Shown in pieces: positions 12,021 through 24,611 of a stretch of DNA of 64,000 nucleotides; within the stretch, counting starts at the first letter, position 1; every line of letters begins with the position of its first letter. The stretch lies in the NCBI GenBank assembly GCA_964106645.2, contig OZ067044.1; one strand, written 5' to 3'. The position numbers were made by a program, and so were the translations under genes. The notes beneath the pieces are model-generated. The model made no database searches. It saw only the letters and a program-made list of their open reading frames with translations, and was not told the origin of the DNA. Source of the DNA: Podarcis pityusensis. Lineage: Eukaryota.

Positions 12021-13958
12021 CCCTAATATAATAAAACATTTTAGGATTCTCAGAAAGAACAACAAAACCAACCTGGTCCCATCTATCAGCCAGGAAGGAA
12101 TCAGCTTCAGGGAGCGTTTTATAGCCTCTACTAGATAGAACACTTACAAGAACTTTGTAACTCTAAGAAGTAATGCCTGAAATTTCCCCCTCCTACATCT
12201 CAACCCCTTTCCTTTTTGTTGTGTTCCTTAGATTGTAAAAAATCATCTTAAGTGTCTTATTATTGACCATTGCAAGCTACTCTGAGAACCTTTAAAATTA
12301 ATATAATTTAATAGAATTGTAGCACATGAAGGACAGAGGAAGGCATTGAAGAAGAAGTCAGAAATAATGCTAAAAGGGTGCATTCCCCTTCTGTGTCCTT
12401 TCTATGTAAAACAAATCTCTGCTGTGTTTGAGTATTCCCTGGTGGCATGTCTCTTCTCCTGCAGAGCTTCAGTTCAGTAGCCTCAAATGATGACATGTGT
12501 CCCTGCCTATGAGAGCTTTTGGCTGAGGCTGAGCAAGTTTCTGGTAAGACAGATGTTCACCCTTTGGATATATAACACGAAATTCATCTGATGTCTCATC
12601 AGCACAAAACCGATGGTGTGGTTCAACTTTAGAGGCCTTGCATCCTATGCAAACTTTTGCATTGATTACTTTGAAAAGGGAATGATGGTTTCAAATGGGA
12701 TTAAAAACAACCAAACCCCACCATGTCCCCCAAACCCAGCCTTGTTGCAATTCCATTGGCAGAGCTTTGTCTCTGCATTCGTCATCACCTTGGGCAAAAG
12801 TAAAAAAAAAAATCCAATTTTCTGGAATGCCCCTTTCAGTCAAAGCAAACAGCCACACGGCTGATTCCACACTTCAAGAGTTGGGCTAAATTATTCCTTC
12901 GAGAGCCAGTGTATAAATTGGCTCAAATTCAGAGAAACATGACCCTACCAGAAGACCTCATCAGCATCACCTGTACTTTAACATGCAGCCTAATAAACAG
13001 TCAGGCCGTTTCAATTTTCAGGACTACTTTAGTACGATTTCTCTACCAAGGGGCTGCCTAAAATGATCATCTATGGATTGCCTGGGTCTCAAAAAACGTT
13101 GGGAGAAAGAAGTTTACAGGCTGACCTAGATCTGCTCCAAAACAAATTGGTTCTGAGGATGTTGCTCAGTTCATTTCTATGGGGCACACAACATGCTTTT
13201 TGAATCTCATGTTCCACCCCGCTTCCAAGCTAAGTATATATCTTTTTTACTAAGATATTTCTATTTTGCTGGGTAATATTTTTTTTAAAAAATAAATAAA
13301 GTTGTAAACGCTGGGAGGGGAGGAAGTAAGGGAGTGTAATACTTCCTATTTTTAAATTCGTTGTGACTTAACTTCTGAGACAATGCAGAAAAGCTTAAAA
13401 CAGGCTGACACTGTTGCCGTAACAAAAGAAACTAAGCCTGAACATCATTATACTAATTGGGCTAACTAATCCCTTGATTTCTCTGCACTCCAGATGTTTT
13501 CCTTGAGAGCCGACAGAGGGAGAGAGCAAGTACCTGTTTTGCAGATATTTAATCTCAGTTCCTTTGAGTGTTCACAGTCAGAGAATAACTCCATGTGGCA
13601 CTAGAGCCTTATGAAAAGAAGCCCTGGCAGTCGTTTGTAGCTCTGCACTGCAGAACCTTTTCAAGGTTTGGGGCAGTTTTGCAACAGGAAAGGGCAGGAA
13701 GGCTTGGTGCACTTAACCAATTCACTACCAGCTTTTTTCTCCAAAACTGCCATTCCCAAACCCAAGAAAAACACACCTGGTATTTGACATCTAAGATATT
13801 TATTATAGGACCCACCTTATTTTCTTTAACCAAATGTATACACTGCTTGATTGTAGTAAATCTCTAAGTGCTTTACGAGAAATATTTAAATTCATCAAGA
13901 AAAACAGTTTAAAAACAAGTAATTAAAAACATTTAAAAGGTAATTAAAATTAACAGTA

Positions 13959-14095
13959 CAGTGGTACCTTGGGTTACAAACGCTTCAGGTTACAGACTCT
14001 GCTAACCTGGAAGTAATACCTTGGGTTAAGAACTTTCCCTCAGGATGAGAACAGAAATCACGCGGTGGCAGCAGGAGGCCCCATTAGCTAAAGTG
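13959..14095. mobile_element. Truncated Tc1/mariner (Tigger-like) MITE
   Basis: TA-CAGTGGTACCTTGGGTTAC...; reverse complement of the right part of the full copy at 33193-33434; second TIR missing. Confidence 0.85.
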
Positions 14096-14264
14096 CCCTG
14101 CCCCCCCCCCCGTTGCTCTGTTACTCCATAGCGTTAAATATTCCTGACAAGTCAGGAAACCAAAGCAGTTTTTCTTTGGCTTCCCCCCTCCTCAATAAAA
14201 GTTAATTTGGGGGCGCTGGGCGGATCTTTGCACCCTGGCGGCGCATATGCTAAAGATGGCCCTG
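14096..14264. mobile_element. One end of a hAT-type element
   Basis: GC-rich segment ending in GCATATGCTAAAGATGGCCCTG (CAGGGCC-type TIR on the minus strand). Confidence 0.55.
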
Positions 14265-15765
14265 ATAATGTTAATGGTGACAACTGCAGCCACATTTTTT
14301 GGGTGCAAATTTTTAAGTGCAAAATGGCCAACTGTTTGATTTTAGCATTGTCTCTTAGGCAGACGATTATGGCCACATATGTCTTATGCTATACTACTTT
14401 TGGGTACGTGTTTGGTACTTGGTTTGAGTAAACATTTTCATTTCAAAACAGGGCAATCTTATGAAATATTGCTGTACTTTATTTTTAGAGTGTAATCTAT
14501 GTAAAAACACCATGTACAGGCTTTCATAAGCCATAAAGACAGGCCCCTGCCCCCAAGGATCTTCAAATGCAAATGTGGAGAGCAGGGAAGACAACGGGAG
14601 GGAGAGACAAGGGTAGCAAAGGATAATTGTGAGCAGATGCAGTTATACGTACTTAGACTTGGTTACAGCTGGGATGAGGATTAAGAGAATTCTTGCTTCA
14701 TGGATGCTTTCTACTACTCTTAGCTTCCTCCCCTCACCCACTTTGCCTGGGAGTTACAGTTGAACTCAAAGCAATGTACTTCTGGGTGGACATGCATAAG
14801 ATTGTGCTGTGGTAGAATGAACCACAGGCAAAACATTCAGAAGGATGGACAAAAGCAACAAAGCAGCTATATAGACTTGGGCGGAAAGAACACCAGCTCG
14901 GTTTTGGGATCCTTCCATAATGGTTGACCCAGTTAATTTGAGAAATGTAAGCCTATTAGAATGAGAAAGGCACGTGCCTGTGCAGTGCACAACTTCATAA
15001 TACTTCTCCAGTCTAAGAACAAAGGCTCCATGTAATGTAAATACAAGCATGTTAGCAACCCGATAATACATAACAGAAGAAATTAAATGCATTTGACAGT
15101 AATTGCCTGCAGAAAAGACTGGAGATAAGCTAGAAAACACACACAAACAAAACAACACGACTAAGCGCATAAATGCCATATGCCAATGTTATATTAAGAA
15201 ACAATGCCAAGCGTGTTTAGAAGCACAACCTTCACTAAGAAAGAGACATATTTCAGAAACTTGCCCTGGCTTTTGAAGGGATGGTGTGTTGTTGTGCGAG
15301 TGTGACTGATCATTCCCATCCATGATGGATACTAAGTGGGGAAGGAAATGTTAAAACTGAAAAACCATTCTTTTTCCATTTCTCAGTCTACTTAGAAGTA
15401 AATGATGCTAATAAAACAAGTCATAGTTGGCTAACAAAGTAATTTCTCCCCATATAAATCTTGACTTGGAATAGATTTGTATCCCATCATGCTCACTCAT
15501 CTCCACATCTCCTACTAGTGACAAAATGTTGTGATCTGGATATTTCTCCCCTGGTTGTGAAATTCTTATAAAGCGTAAAACGACATTGGTAATAGATTTA
15601 TTAATCTTGTACTGCTGTATAAATTACAAGTTAAAGCCGGCCTCTGAAAAAGTTCAATTTCTTTCATGGGTTGTTGTGGAAGGATGTGGGATACACACAC
15701 AAAAACCCCCTTAGGACAGGGATTGCTGGGTTATTTCAAAGGAGATACTGGAAAGATTGCTGGGA

Positions 15766-15920
15766 ATAAGAATATAGGAACAGCCCTGCAGGATCATACT
15801 TAAAGGCCTATATATTGTCACAGCCTATTCTCATAGTGACCAACAGGATGCCTATAGGTAGCAAGACATGAAGGCAAAGCATTTTACTGCTTATGATAAC
15901 CAGCAAATGGTAATCAGATG
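15766..15920 (-). mobile_element. Degenerate CR1/L3-type 3' end
   Basis: ATAAGAATATAGGAACAGCCCTGCAGGATCA...TTCTCATAGTGACCAAC resembles the better-preserved copy at 58993-59330. Confidence 0.55.
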
Positions 15921-16299
15921 GGACCGTTTTGACACCAGTTCTGGATTTCATTCTGCTACCAGGTCATTTGGTAAGCTATAATCAAGTTACCCAGAGGAAT
16001 CAGGAGAGTGAACGATCCTACACTGAGGACACACAGGCTAGACATATGCATGGCTTCCTGAATCTGTGGTTTTTCCAGCCTAGCCCATGCCAATGCCAAT
16101 GCCGACCTTTAGCCATGCTGCTGGCTAAATTGGTCATCTGACTCTGAACACTATGTGCTTAACTCAGGATGCTGCTGCTGCTACAGACCCTGAAAGTAGT
16201 ATGGAGATGCTGACCTGTCCAGTCTATCATTGGATTCCTATCAAATAGGTTGCATTTGTTTTGCAAAGGCCTCCATTGTGGCTGCTTTAACTCATTCAT

Positions 16300-16474
16300 A
16301 TCTTACCCTTCTTCCAAAATATGGAGATTAACTCTTTTTATTCTCACAGCAACAGTAGTTAAGGCTGAGAGAAAGTGACTTGCCTGAGATTATCCAGTGA
16401 GCATCAACGCTGAGCAATGTTTTGAACCCGGGTTTCCCTACATCCCAGTCCAACACTCTAGCCATTACATCATA
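16300..16474 (-). mobile_element. CORE/MIR-like tRNA SINE (degenerate)
   Basis: GGCTGAGAGAAAGTGACTTGCCTGAGATTATCCAGTGAGC...TTTGAACCCGGGTTTCC...CACTCTAGCCATTACA is the reverse complement of a tRNA head + CORE; similar to the SINE at 49584. Confidence 0.7.
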
Positions 16475-17144
16475 TACTCTCTGATGAAAATAGGGACATC
16501 CTATTCCATACCCTCCAATATTTCTCCAATGAAAGTAGGGACATCCCAAGAAAAAGCAGGACCTTCTAGGACAGGGGTCAGCAAACTAAGGCCCAGGGGC
16601 TGGATCAGGCCCAATTGCCTTCAGGATCCGGCCCGCAGACTGTCCGTGGATCGGCGTGGGGATTCTGTTCGTTTGGGCTGCGCTATTCCCCCCCGCCTCA
16701 CACACACTGCGGCAGCGCCTCTTCCCTCCCTCCTCCAGGCTTCTCCCTGCCCTGCCTATAGGAGGAAGGGGGTTGGGCTGAGCTGGCTGAGCGCCATTTT
16801 AAACAGCCCCTCTCTGGAGCCAGCCCTTTTGCACCGCTTGTCTTCCCTTCTCTGCCGCTGCCACCCTGGTGCTCCTGTGGGCCAGAGAGTGGAGTGGACG
16901 AACTCCCTCTGCCTACCCACGAGAAGCAGCAGTGGTGGCAGTGGGGGATGGGGAGAAGGACTACTTGTCCCCCTTGCCTCTTCTTCCAGCTCTCCCCCCA
17001 GTGCTGCTTCTCTGGCCCGCCACAAGGTCTGAGGCCTGCAGCTAAAAATTTTTGCCGACCCCTGTTCTAGGATCAAATCAGAAACTGGACAGCTTCTGTA
17101 AATCTGTGACTATTCCTGGAAAATAGAGACACTTGGAGGGTCTG
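16475..17144. mobile_element. hAT (Tip100-like) MITE interrupted by a younger hAT
   Basis: CATACCCTCCAA (16507) ... TTGGAGGGTCTG (17144) TIR pair; repeated AAATAGGGAC motifs; split at TTCTAGGA. Confidence 0.7.
16572..17064. mobile_element. Non-autonomous hAT (Charlie-like) transposon
   Basis: TIRs CAGGGGTCAGCAAA / TTTGCCGACCCCTG with perfect 8-bp TSD TTCTAGGA (16564-16571, 17065-17072). Confidence 0.93.
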
Positions 17145-18782
17145 ACATCGCACTATTCTTTCATTCTCTGTGATTTTTTTTTTTACATGGTTCAGTTGAG
17201 CCCAATTGTACATGTTAGTCTGAATTTGCTTCATTTCCTCAGGCTGTTTAGAAAACAGAACAAGAAACAATGGTTAGTTTTTACTGACACCTTGCTTCTG
17301 AGTCCCTGCTTAAGAAACACTGGTGGTGGTGGGTTGTTGTTGTTGGTGGTGGCTTTGTTTTAGGAAATACTTGTGATACTAATTGATAATAAAGATACCA
17401 CTGAATGCCTGAAATATTTCCTTGAGAGGCTGGACAATTGTAATGAAATGGCCAAAAAACTGATTAATAAGCCAATATCTAATTGCTCTTGTAAAAGGTA
17501 GACATAATATTTATGAAAAAAAGACAGCAATTTTCTTTAAAAAGACTTAGAATACACTTACATAGAATCCAAGAATTCAAATTCAAGCCATGTTGGGGCT
17601 TTCATGTTTGAAATCTATCCATTAGTTTAGGTGGAAGGGTCATAAAACATTCTGTGAAATCAGGCACTGATGTATCACTGTTGAAGGGTGTTAATTTGGT
17701 TCTTTAGCACTGATTTGTTTAGTAGAACATACTAATTGCTTGGTGGATAGAACGAAACCATTTTGCGCTTTAGAAGAAGAAAAAACTGGAATCACTCAAA
17801 ATAAATTGCTGGATCCAAGCAAGACAATTGTTCTGTTTATATCAGTTTGATCTGCAAAAGTAAAACATGATTACTCCAAATCTAAACAACACTGTGCTAA
17901 ATTCTTCTCAAGTATTTGGGGACTTCTTGCTCTCAGGCAAGCCATGACGAAAACCTGTGATATACTCAGAAATGGACTTTTAACATAGCACAATGAACTA
18001 CAGTTTGGAAAGAAGCTGGAGAAAAACATGAATACAGACATGCAAGCAAAGGGTCTCTTTGCACGACCGGCTTAATGTCAGATTAAAGGACATTAAAGTT
18101 AAATGCCCTCCAACCCCCACAAAGCATATGAATATATAAAATTGTTCATTTTTCACCTGTAAAAGCCCCCAAAGTTCAAATCCTGGCATCTCCGATTAAA
18201 AAGAGACTAAGTAATAGGTGTTGTGAGTGATTTCTGCCTGAGACCCCAGAGAGTCATTGTTGGACAGAGTGGACCTGGCGGCACCCAATATAGCACCTTC
18301 GGGTGCCCCAGTGCCCCTGGACAAGTCCCTTGGTGTCTGATGCCTCTGTTCCTCCTCCTCCTATTCTTCTTCTACAGTGTCTCATATCCATGTTTGGATA
18401 TAACCCTCTTCAAGTACTCTCCAATGTTCTTGTGTGAGATTCATTGAAGGTATTAGGCCTTTCCATTCCCCTGACCTGATTGCTGGTTAGCACCTGCCTG
18501 CCTGCCATAGAGCAATGCAGCCATCTTGGGTCCAACATGTTGAGTGTCCTAGTGAACCCATCTAGTCCATGGAAGAGGAGCAGTATTGCAGCTAGGGATG
18601 GCTCTCAGGGCCAAGGTCCCGGGACCCACAAAAACGCCACCCAGAGAGTCAGCTTGTTCATTAATTTATAAATTCATAAATTACTATATTGATAGGCCAC
18701 TTTCTAAGCCACAGTGCCTTTCAGTGTTGCTTCACATAGTGTGCTTTGCCGAAAGCTTTTTGAAAGACACCGAAGACTTCTG

Positions 18783-18930
18783 AGTAAGCTTAGCAGTCAT
18801 GGATCAGTCATGGATCAGCAGTCTTGTGGATCAGGAAGTGGTTAAGTAACAGGAAGCAAAGATTTGGAATAAATGGACAGTAGATGGACCCATGGTCTGA
18901 CTCTGTAGAAGACAGCATCCTATGTCCCTA
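18783..18930 (+). mobile_element. Short CR1 RT fragment joined to a SINE-type tail
   Basis: Encodes SKLSSHG...LWIRKWLSNRKQRFGINGQ, typical of CR1 ORF2; followed by TGGTCTGACTC...CCTATGTCCCTA tail. Confidence 0.55.
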
Positions 18931-19683
18931 AGTATTATTTACGTTTAGAATCACATGTTGGGATGTAGCAGGGAAGCTCTTTATTTACCCTTCAAACAGT
19001 AAAAAAGCCAATCCGTTTTGCTTCTAAGACATCAAATGTTAATGGTGATACTGCTTCCTCATTCTGTTCATGTCACACAAATGACATCCTTAGACTGATA
19101 TAGTGTGTGTGTGTGTGCATGCGTGCACTTTTTTTTTGCAATGTTGAATGGAATTTGTATGGTTTAGTTGAACATCACTGTTTTGATCACATGTTGTGAG
19201 CTGCCTTGGCCTTTTACTTTTTTTTTAAGGAAAGGCAAGATAGAAAATTTATAAATAAAATAAATAAAATATTTTTCTTTTTTTAAGCCAGCAAAAAATG
19301 ATTATCCTGAGCACTGCAAGTTAGCCTTTGCCAAATAAAATGGCTGGAAATGTAACAGGCAGTTTTCTGCAGTGATCTTATTAAAAGATTTTGTGTGGGG
19401 GTGGTTGAAAAATATGGTCCTGTGTCTTTGGTGCCAAACTTTCAAGCAGCATCAGCTGTCTCTTTACATGAAAGAAATAATATGTTGGTTTAATGTTCAG
19501 AAATGCATTTGTCTTATCACCAGAATAACATGGCCATAAAAGGACACTAGAAGCTTAGCTACTGTGAAGTAATTCTGATGTTGCATGCCACAGGGTTTTT
19601 TAAAAACATGTATTTATTTGCATGGAAGCAACAGTTGCAATTGGGTAATTTTATGGGGAACCCTCATCTTTAGATAGTGTATT

Positions 19684-20048
19684 AAAAAAGTAAAGGTAAA
19701 GGACCTCTGACAGTTAAGTCCAGTCGCAGACGACTCTGGGGTTGAGGTGCTCATCTCGCTTTACTGGCTGAGGGAGCCGACGTTTGTCTGCAGACAGTTT
19801 TTCCGGGTCATGTGGCCAGCATGACTAAGCTGCTTCTGGCGAAACCAGAGCAGCTTATGGAAACGCCGTTTACCTTCCCGCCGGAGCGGTACCTATTTAT
19901 CTATTTGCACTTTGACGTGCTTTCGAACTGCTGGGTTGGCAGGAGCAGGGACTGAGCAACGGGAGCTCACCCCGTTGCGGGGATTCGAACCACCGACCTT
20001 CCGATCGGCAAGTCCTGGGCTCAGTGGTTTAGACCACAGTGCCACCCA
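19684..20048 (-). mobile_element. Sauria SINE
   Basis: AAAGTAAAGGTAAAGG tail and GGATTCGAACC B box (reverse); near-identical to the other copies. Confidence 0.95.
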
Positions 20049-21256
20049 CTTTAAAGTGCGGTGAGCCAGCCTTGCTGCATATGGGGGACCCCCTCAACAC
20101 CTGACCTCAAAGTGTTATGCAAAAGAGGCTCCAACAAAAAGCAAACATTATACCAGAGTGTGGGCCAGTTCATACCATTAGCAGGAAAAAGTAGAAAAGC
20201 TTTTTTTGGCTGAAGCACTTCAGGCTTCAGCCTAGTCTGAACTCTTGTCCCTGGCATGCTAGTTTTGTACTTTCTTCCCACGGGTTTTTTAGGCATGTCA
20301 CTTAACCTTCAGCTTCAAGAATGTTGGTGAAGGCTTATGTCTTGAGTCTGCTGACTGTGTGGATTGGTCCAAAATCATTATATATGTTAGAAAAGGCATT
20401 TCTATAATTCTATTTGAGACCCCTATGATGAAGCTGAATAGCTGTCTAGAAGTACTTTTAAGAAGTATTTGGCAGAAGAATTCTCCTGCAGAGAAAAACA
20501 ATCTGATGAAATAATTTAGGATGCAATCCATCTCAATGAAAGTCAGTGGGAGTGTGGTCATTGACTTCAAATGGATGTGGGCTGCAAGCAGAGTTACCTC
20601 AATGTCTGCTGTAGATCAACCTCAAATAGATAGCTCAGTAAACTAAAGCCAGCTGTTTGATCAATTGAAACAACTGATGCACTGCATGTGCCTGTGTTAG
20701 TGATTTGTTTCCAATGACATACATGCAGATGTATCATGTGAGCATCCAACCTTGTTATCTAGTTTTAGTTTGGAAATATGTAAAAGAGAATTGGGATCTC
20801 TTTAGAGAAATGTTGAATAAGCAGGTGATCATCCTATCACTTAATTGCTCCCTTGCCCAAGATTAACAAGAAATAGAATGTTGTGACAGACCTCTTTCTG
20901 CTCCACATCTATATCTATATGTATATCTATCTATTTTACCAGCAGTCACTTCCCCCCCTTAGCTCATTGTATTTAAACTTATACCATCAAGAACAACTTC
21001 TTTAACACATGGAAATTAGCTCAATAAATTCCAATATGCACCCATTGATAAATTTTTAACTAAATAGTTTGGTATCAATTTTCATAGAGGTTGGGAAGCA
21101 CTATCTGATAGATTTTTCTAAACTGCTATTATTGCTATTCAGTAAATTGCATATGCCATATATGTTCATATTTATTTATTATGCATATATATTTAATTTC
21201 CCATCTTTTAGAAAAATGCCCATATGGAACAGCTCACAATAATATATAAATTAAGC

Positions 21257-21259
<3 letters not shown>

Positions 21260-21301
<42 letters not shown>
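21260..21301. repeat. (TA)n microsatellite
   Basis: Direct observation. Confidence 0.98.
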
Positions 21302-21303
<2 letters not shown>

Positions 21304-22026
21304 CATCATATTTAACGCTAAAGAATACACAATCACAATAAAATAAATAAATAACAGTAACCCACAATGACATTAAAGTAGCATTCTGTCCAGTAAAACC
21401 ATAAAATCACCAACATAATCAAAGATAAAATAGAAGTCCAAATAAAATCTCTGAAATCATGGGGAAACAACAGCTAAATTTCCAAGGTGTACATGCTGGG
21501 ATAACTGTCTTCACCCCAGAGTCCAGGATGAAGTCAAAGAATGCAGTATCACTGACTAAGGAGCCAGAGCCAGAGTCTGATGCTCATGATGGCTGACAGG
21601 CAGGCAGGCAGGAGCTTCCTGAACCAGATTCTGCAGCACCCATAGAACATAGACTCTCAAGGCATCTTTCCCTTGGTTAAAGAACCAAGTGCCTCCAAGT
21701 CTGTGCTGATCCAACAGCGCAGGGAGTGCACCAGACAGAAGGCTTGGAAACACAGAAGTGCCTGTCTGGAGGTCAGAGAGTTGGCTGTTTAAAGATTAAA
21801 GATTGCAGCTCCCACAATAAAAGTGAAGCCTAGGAGAGGTCTACTGGAGGCAAAGGCTGAAAAGCCCACCTCTAACTTTTGTTGGAAGAGGTTGCTCACT
21901 TGGAGCTCTCCATGGTGGGTGCTGCAACACCTGGCCTGCCTTGTCCTGTGGACTGGAAAAGGTCAGAAAGCAGCTACCAATCAGCATTTCTTTCCATGGT
22001 TGTATGTGACAGACTAAGCACATGTA

Positions 22027-22371
22027 CAGTGGTGCCTCGCAAGACGAAATTAATTCGTTCTGTGAGTTTTTTCGTCTTGCGAATTTTTCGTCTTGCGAAG
22101 CACGGTTTCCCAAAGTCTTCAAAATCACCAAAGTCTTCAAAAACCTCAAAAAAGGCTACCACACCGCGTGCTATGAGTTGCTCCTCGAAGTCACCCTGGG
22201 TATTAACGGTTTTAAGAAAAAGGAAACAAACTTGCAAGACAGTTTCGTTTTTCGTCTTGCGAAGCAAGCCCATAGGGAAATTCGTCTTGCGAAGCAACTC
22301 AAAAAACGAAAAACTCTTTTGTCTTGTGAGTTTTTCGTCTTGCGAGGCATTCATCTTGCGAGGTACCACTG
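22027..22371. mobile_element. Tc1/mariner (Tigger-like) MITE with internal TCGTCTTGCGA repeats
   Basis: TIRs CAGTGGTGCCTCGCAAGA / TCTTGCGAGGTACCACTG, TA flanks; multiple subterminal TTCGTCTTGCGA copies. Confidence 0.92.
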
Positions 22372-22949
22372 TACTTGTCATTTGTGATATTGTACACAGA
22401 GTGCACATGCAGTCACATACATAGAAGCAATATCCATGTAGAGAAACTCATAAAAAGTGGAACAATGTTTGGGAGCGAAGTTGCAGGCCCAGGAAAATCA
22501 AACATGGCAGATATAACTAGCGAGTGCTCCAATATCTCTCTGGTCAACCAGTTATCGCCAGATTTATTAGCTCTTTGTGACATTGTTGTCAGACAGGTCA
22601 CCTAGTGAAAATGAGAAAGGGAAGAGCACTTTAAAAGATGTATGGCTGCCTAGAAGGGGGATTGCTGAATGATATGCACAGGAGGCTTATGAAAGCTGCA
22701 GAACACCTGGAGAAATGAGGAAAACATAGGGGGAGGACCACTTCTTTTTGAGACATTGAAATGTGGGATTTAGGGAAAGCGAGGCTTTCTGGAGGACCCA
22801 ATGATAAAATGGCTGTTGTGGATCCTCTGGTTGACCTCACATAACAAACTTACGGATCCAGCTTTCTCACTGGTGACTTGGTAAACAGAATGCTCCACAG
22901 CTTATTTGCACAACCTGTAATAAGATTCATATGCTTTTTGAATGGTATT

Positions 22950-23060
22950 GGGTGGTATTCAACTATAACCCAGAGCAGATGTACTGAAATTAATGGACAT
23001 AACTTAGTTATGTCGATTTCAATGGGACTACTCTGAGTAAGACTTTGTTGAATACCACCC
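22950..23060. mobile_element. Palindromic Harbinger-type MITE
   Basis: 14-bp perfect TIR GGGTGGTATTCAAC / GTTGAATACCACCC with inner fold-back. Confidence 0.75.
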
Positions 23061-23687
23061 TTAATTTTCGCTGGAAATGAAAATTAGCTCCCCATGTGTA
23101 TAAAGGAGGTAGAGTTCTCCCCAAACAATCTCTGAAACATTTCAACTGTATTAATACCAAAAGGAAAAGAGAAAAAATTGAATGTAGGCATGATTAAAAA
23201 AAAAAAGGATTTTAGGAAAGTACATGTGGGTGAGTGTGTGTAATGTATCTTTTAAGAATAAACTGTGCTTTATTTCTCTCTGTAGCATACCATATTGCTG
23301 ATTAACCACTGCTTTCATAAAGTACAAGTGGGCCATTTAAACTGTTTCACCGCTGGTTAATGTACTGTATTGTGATCATTCTTTTTTTCCTATGGTACCT
23401 AGCTAGTGTTTTGTTTTTATTACAAATTCACCTACCCTTGTCTGCCGAGGAGAAAAGAAATTACACGACAGAGCCCCACAGCACATAAAACAGCAGAGAT
23501 TCCTAAATAAGACCAGCCTGGAAGAGAAGCCTCTGCCTACCCGCACTGTAATGAAATGCATGACTACAGGAGATAATAATAATTGCAGCAATAGCTCGTT
23601 ACAGCTCCCAGATGATTTGGTGCTGTCAGGAGTGCACTGTCCTCTTGACATCCCAGGAGGTGAGAAGCATCACTGACTGCAGGCCCT

Positions 23688-23899
23688 NNNNNNNNNNNNN
23701 NNNNNNNNNNNNNNNNNNNNNNNNNNNNNNNNNNNNNNNNNNNNNNNNNNNNNNNNNNNNNNNNNNNNNNNNNNNNNNNNNNNNNNNNNNNNNNNNNNNN
23801 NNNNNNNNNNNNNNNNNNNNNNNNNNNNNNNNNNNNNNNNNNNNNNNNNNNNNNNNNNNNNNNNNNNNNNNNNNNNNNNNNNNNNNNNNNNNNNNNNNN
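23688..23899. other. N-block (212 nt)
   Basis: Run of N. Confidence 1.
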
Positions 23900-24611
23900 G
23901 GCTCTCCCCAGTAACCTTCTGATGATTTGGATCTGGAATGTTCTTCATGATTTGTCCAAAGTTTTCATCACAGCACTGCCGAAGAGCATTACCGCAGCAG
24001 GCTGCATTCTGACATTCAAATCCCAGGAATGACAGGTTATTAGGAGAAGAGAACCGGCTGTACATACATTAAGCCTCATATCTTTGACCTGTAATTTGAA
24101 CTGATAGTGATATTGTAATTGAGTGAGTAAAAAGGGGGGGATTCTTTATTAAAACACAGGAAGATGAAGAAAACGTTTATTTTCCGGAGATTTATAGGTT
24201 CATAAAATAAGCCTTTTGATGATGATTTATTTTACAATTTTTGAAATGCTGAACTATGTGCTTAATATTTATTTGGTTGAACAGCTATTTAAAATAACAC
24301 TGTCTCCCATCTATTTCCAGCTTGTTCTCCAGAACCTGTGTTTGCACAGATGGAAAGATATTTGTGTGATATTGGAGTTCATGTAGTGGAATAGTTCAAA
24401 GATTATTCTAATAAGATGTACCTATGGAAAAATACAGTGCCCGCTTAATGGCTATGGTGTTAAGGATCCCTTGGCAGATTTCTGCAGTTTGTGTGTAATG
24501 CACTGGGGTTTTTGAATCGTGATTACAAGGGATGGGGGAAAGTGGGAACTGCCTTCTGTGATGCTTTTGAATGGAAGGATGGCACATCTGAGAATTTAAT
24601 GAGGTTGCCTG

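Noticed and set aside
16397-17032. 211-aa ORF
   Set aside because: Runs across three nested TEs; open only because the inner hAT is GC-rich.
21841-22424. Several overlapping 100-180 aa ORFs
   Set aside because: Generated by the repetitive, stop-poor Tc1 MITE at 22027-22371; no transposase motifs.
23920-24012. TGATGA...CTGA pair suggesting a C/D snoRNA
   Set aside because: No terminal stem and no convincing rRNA guide adjacent to a D box.
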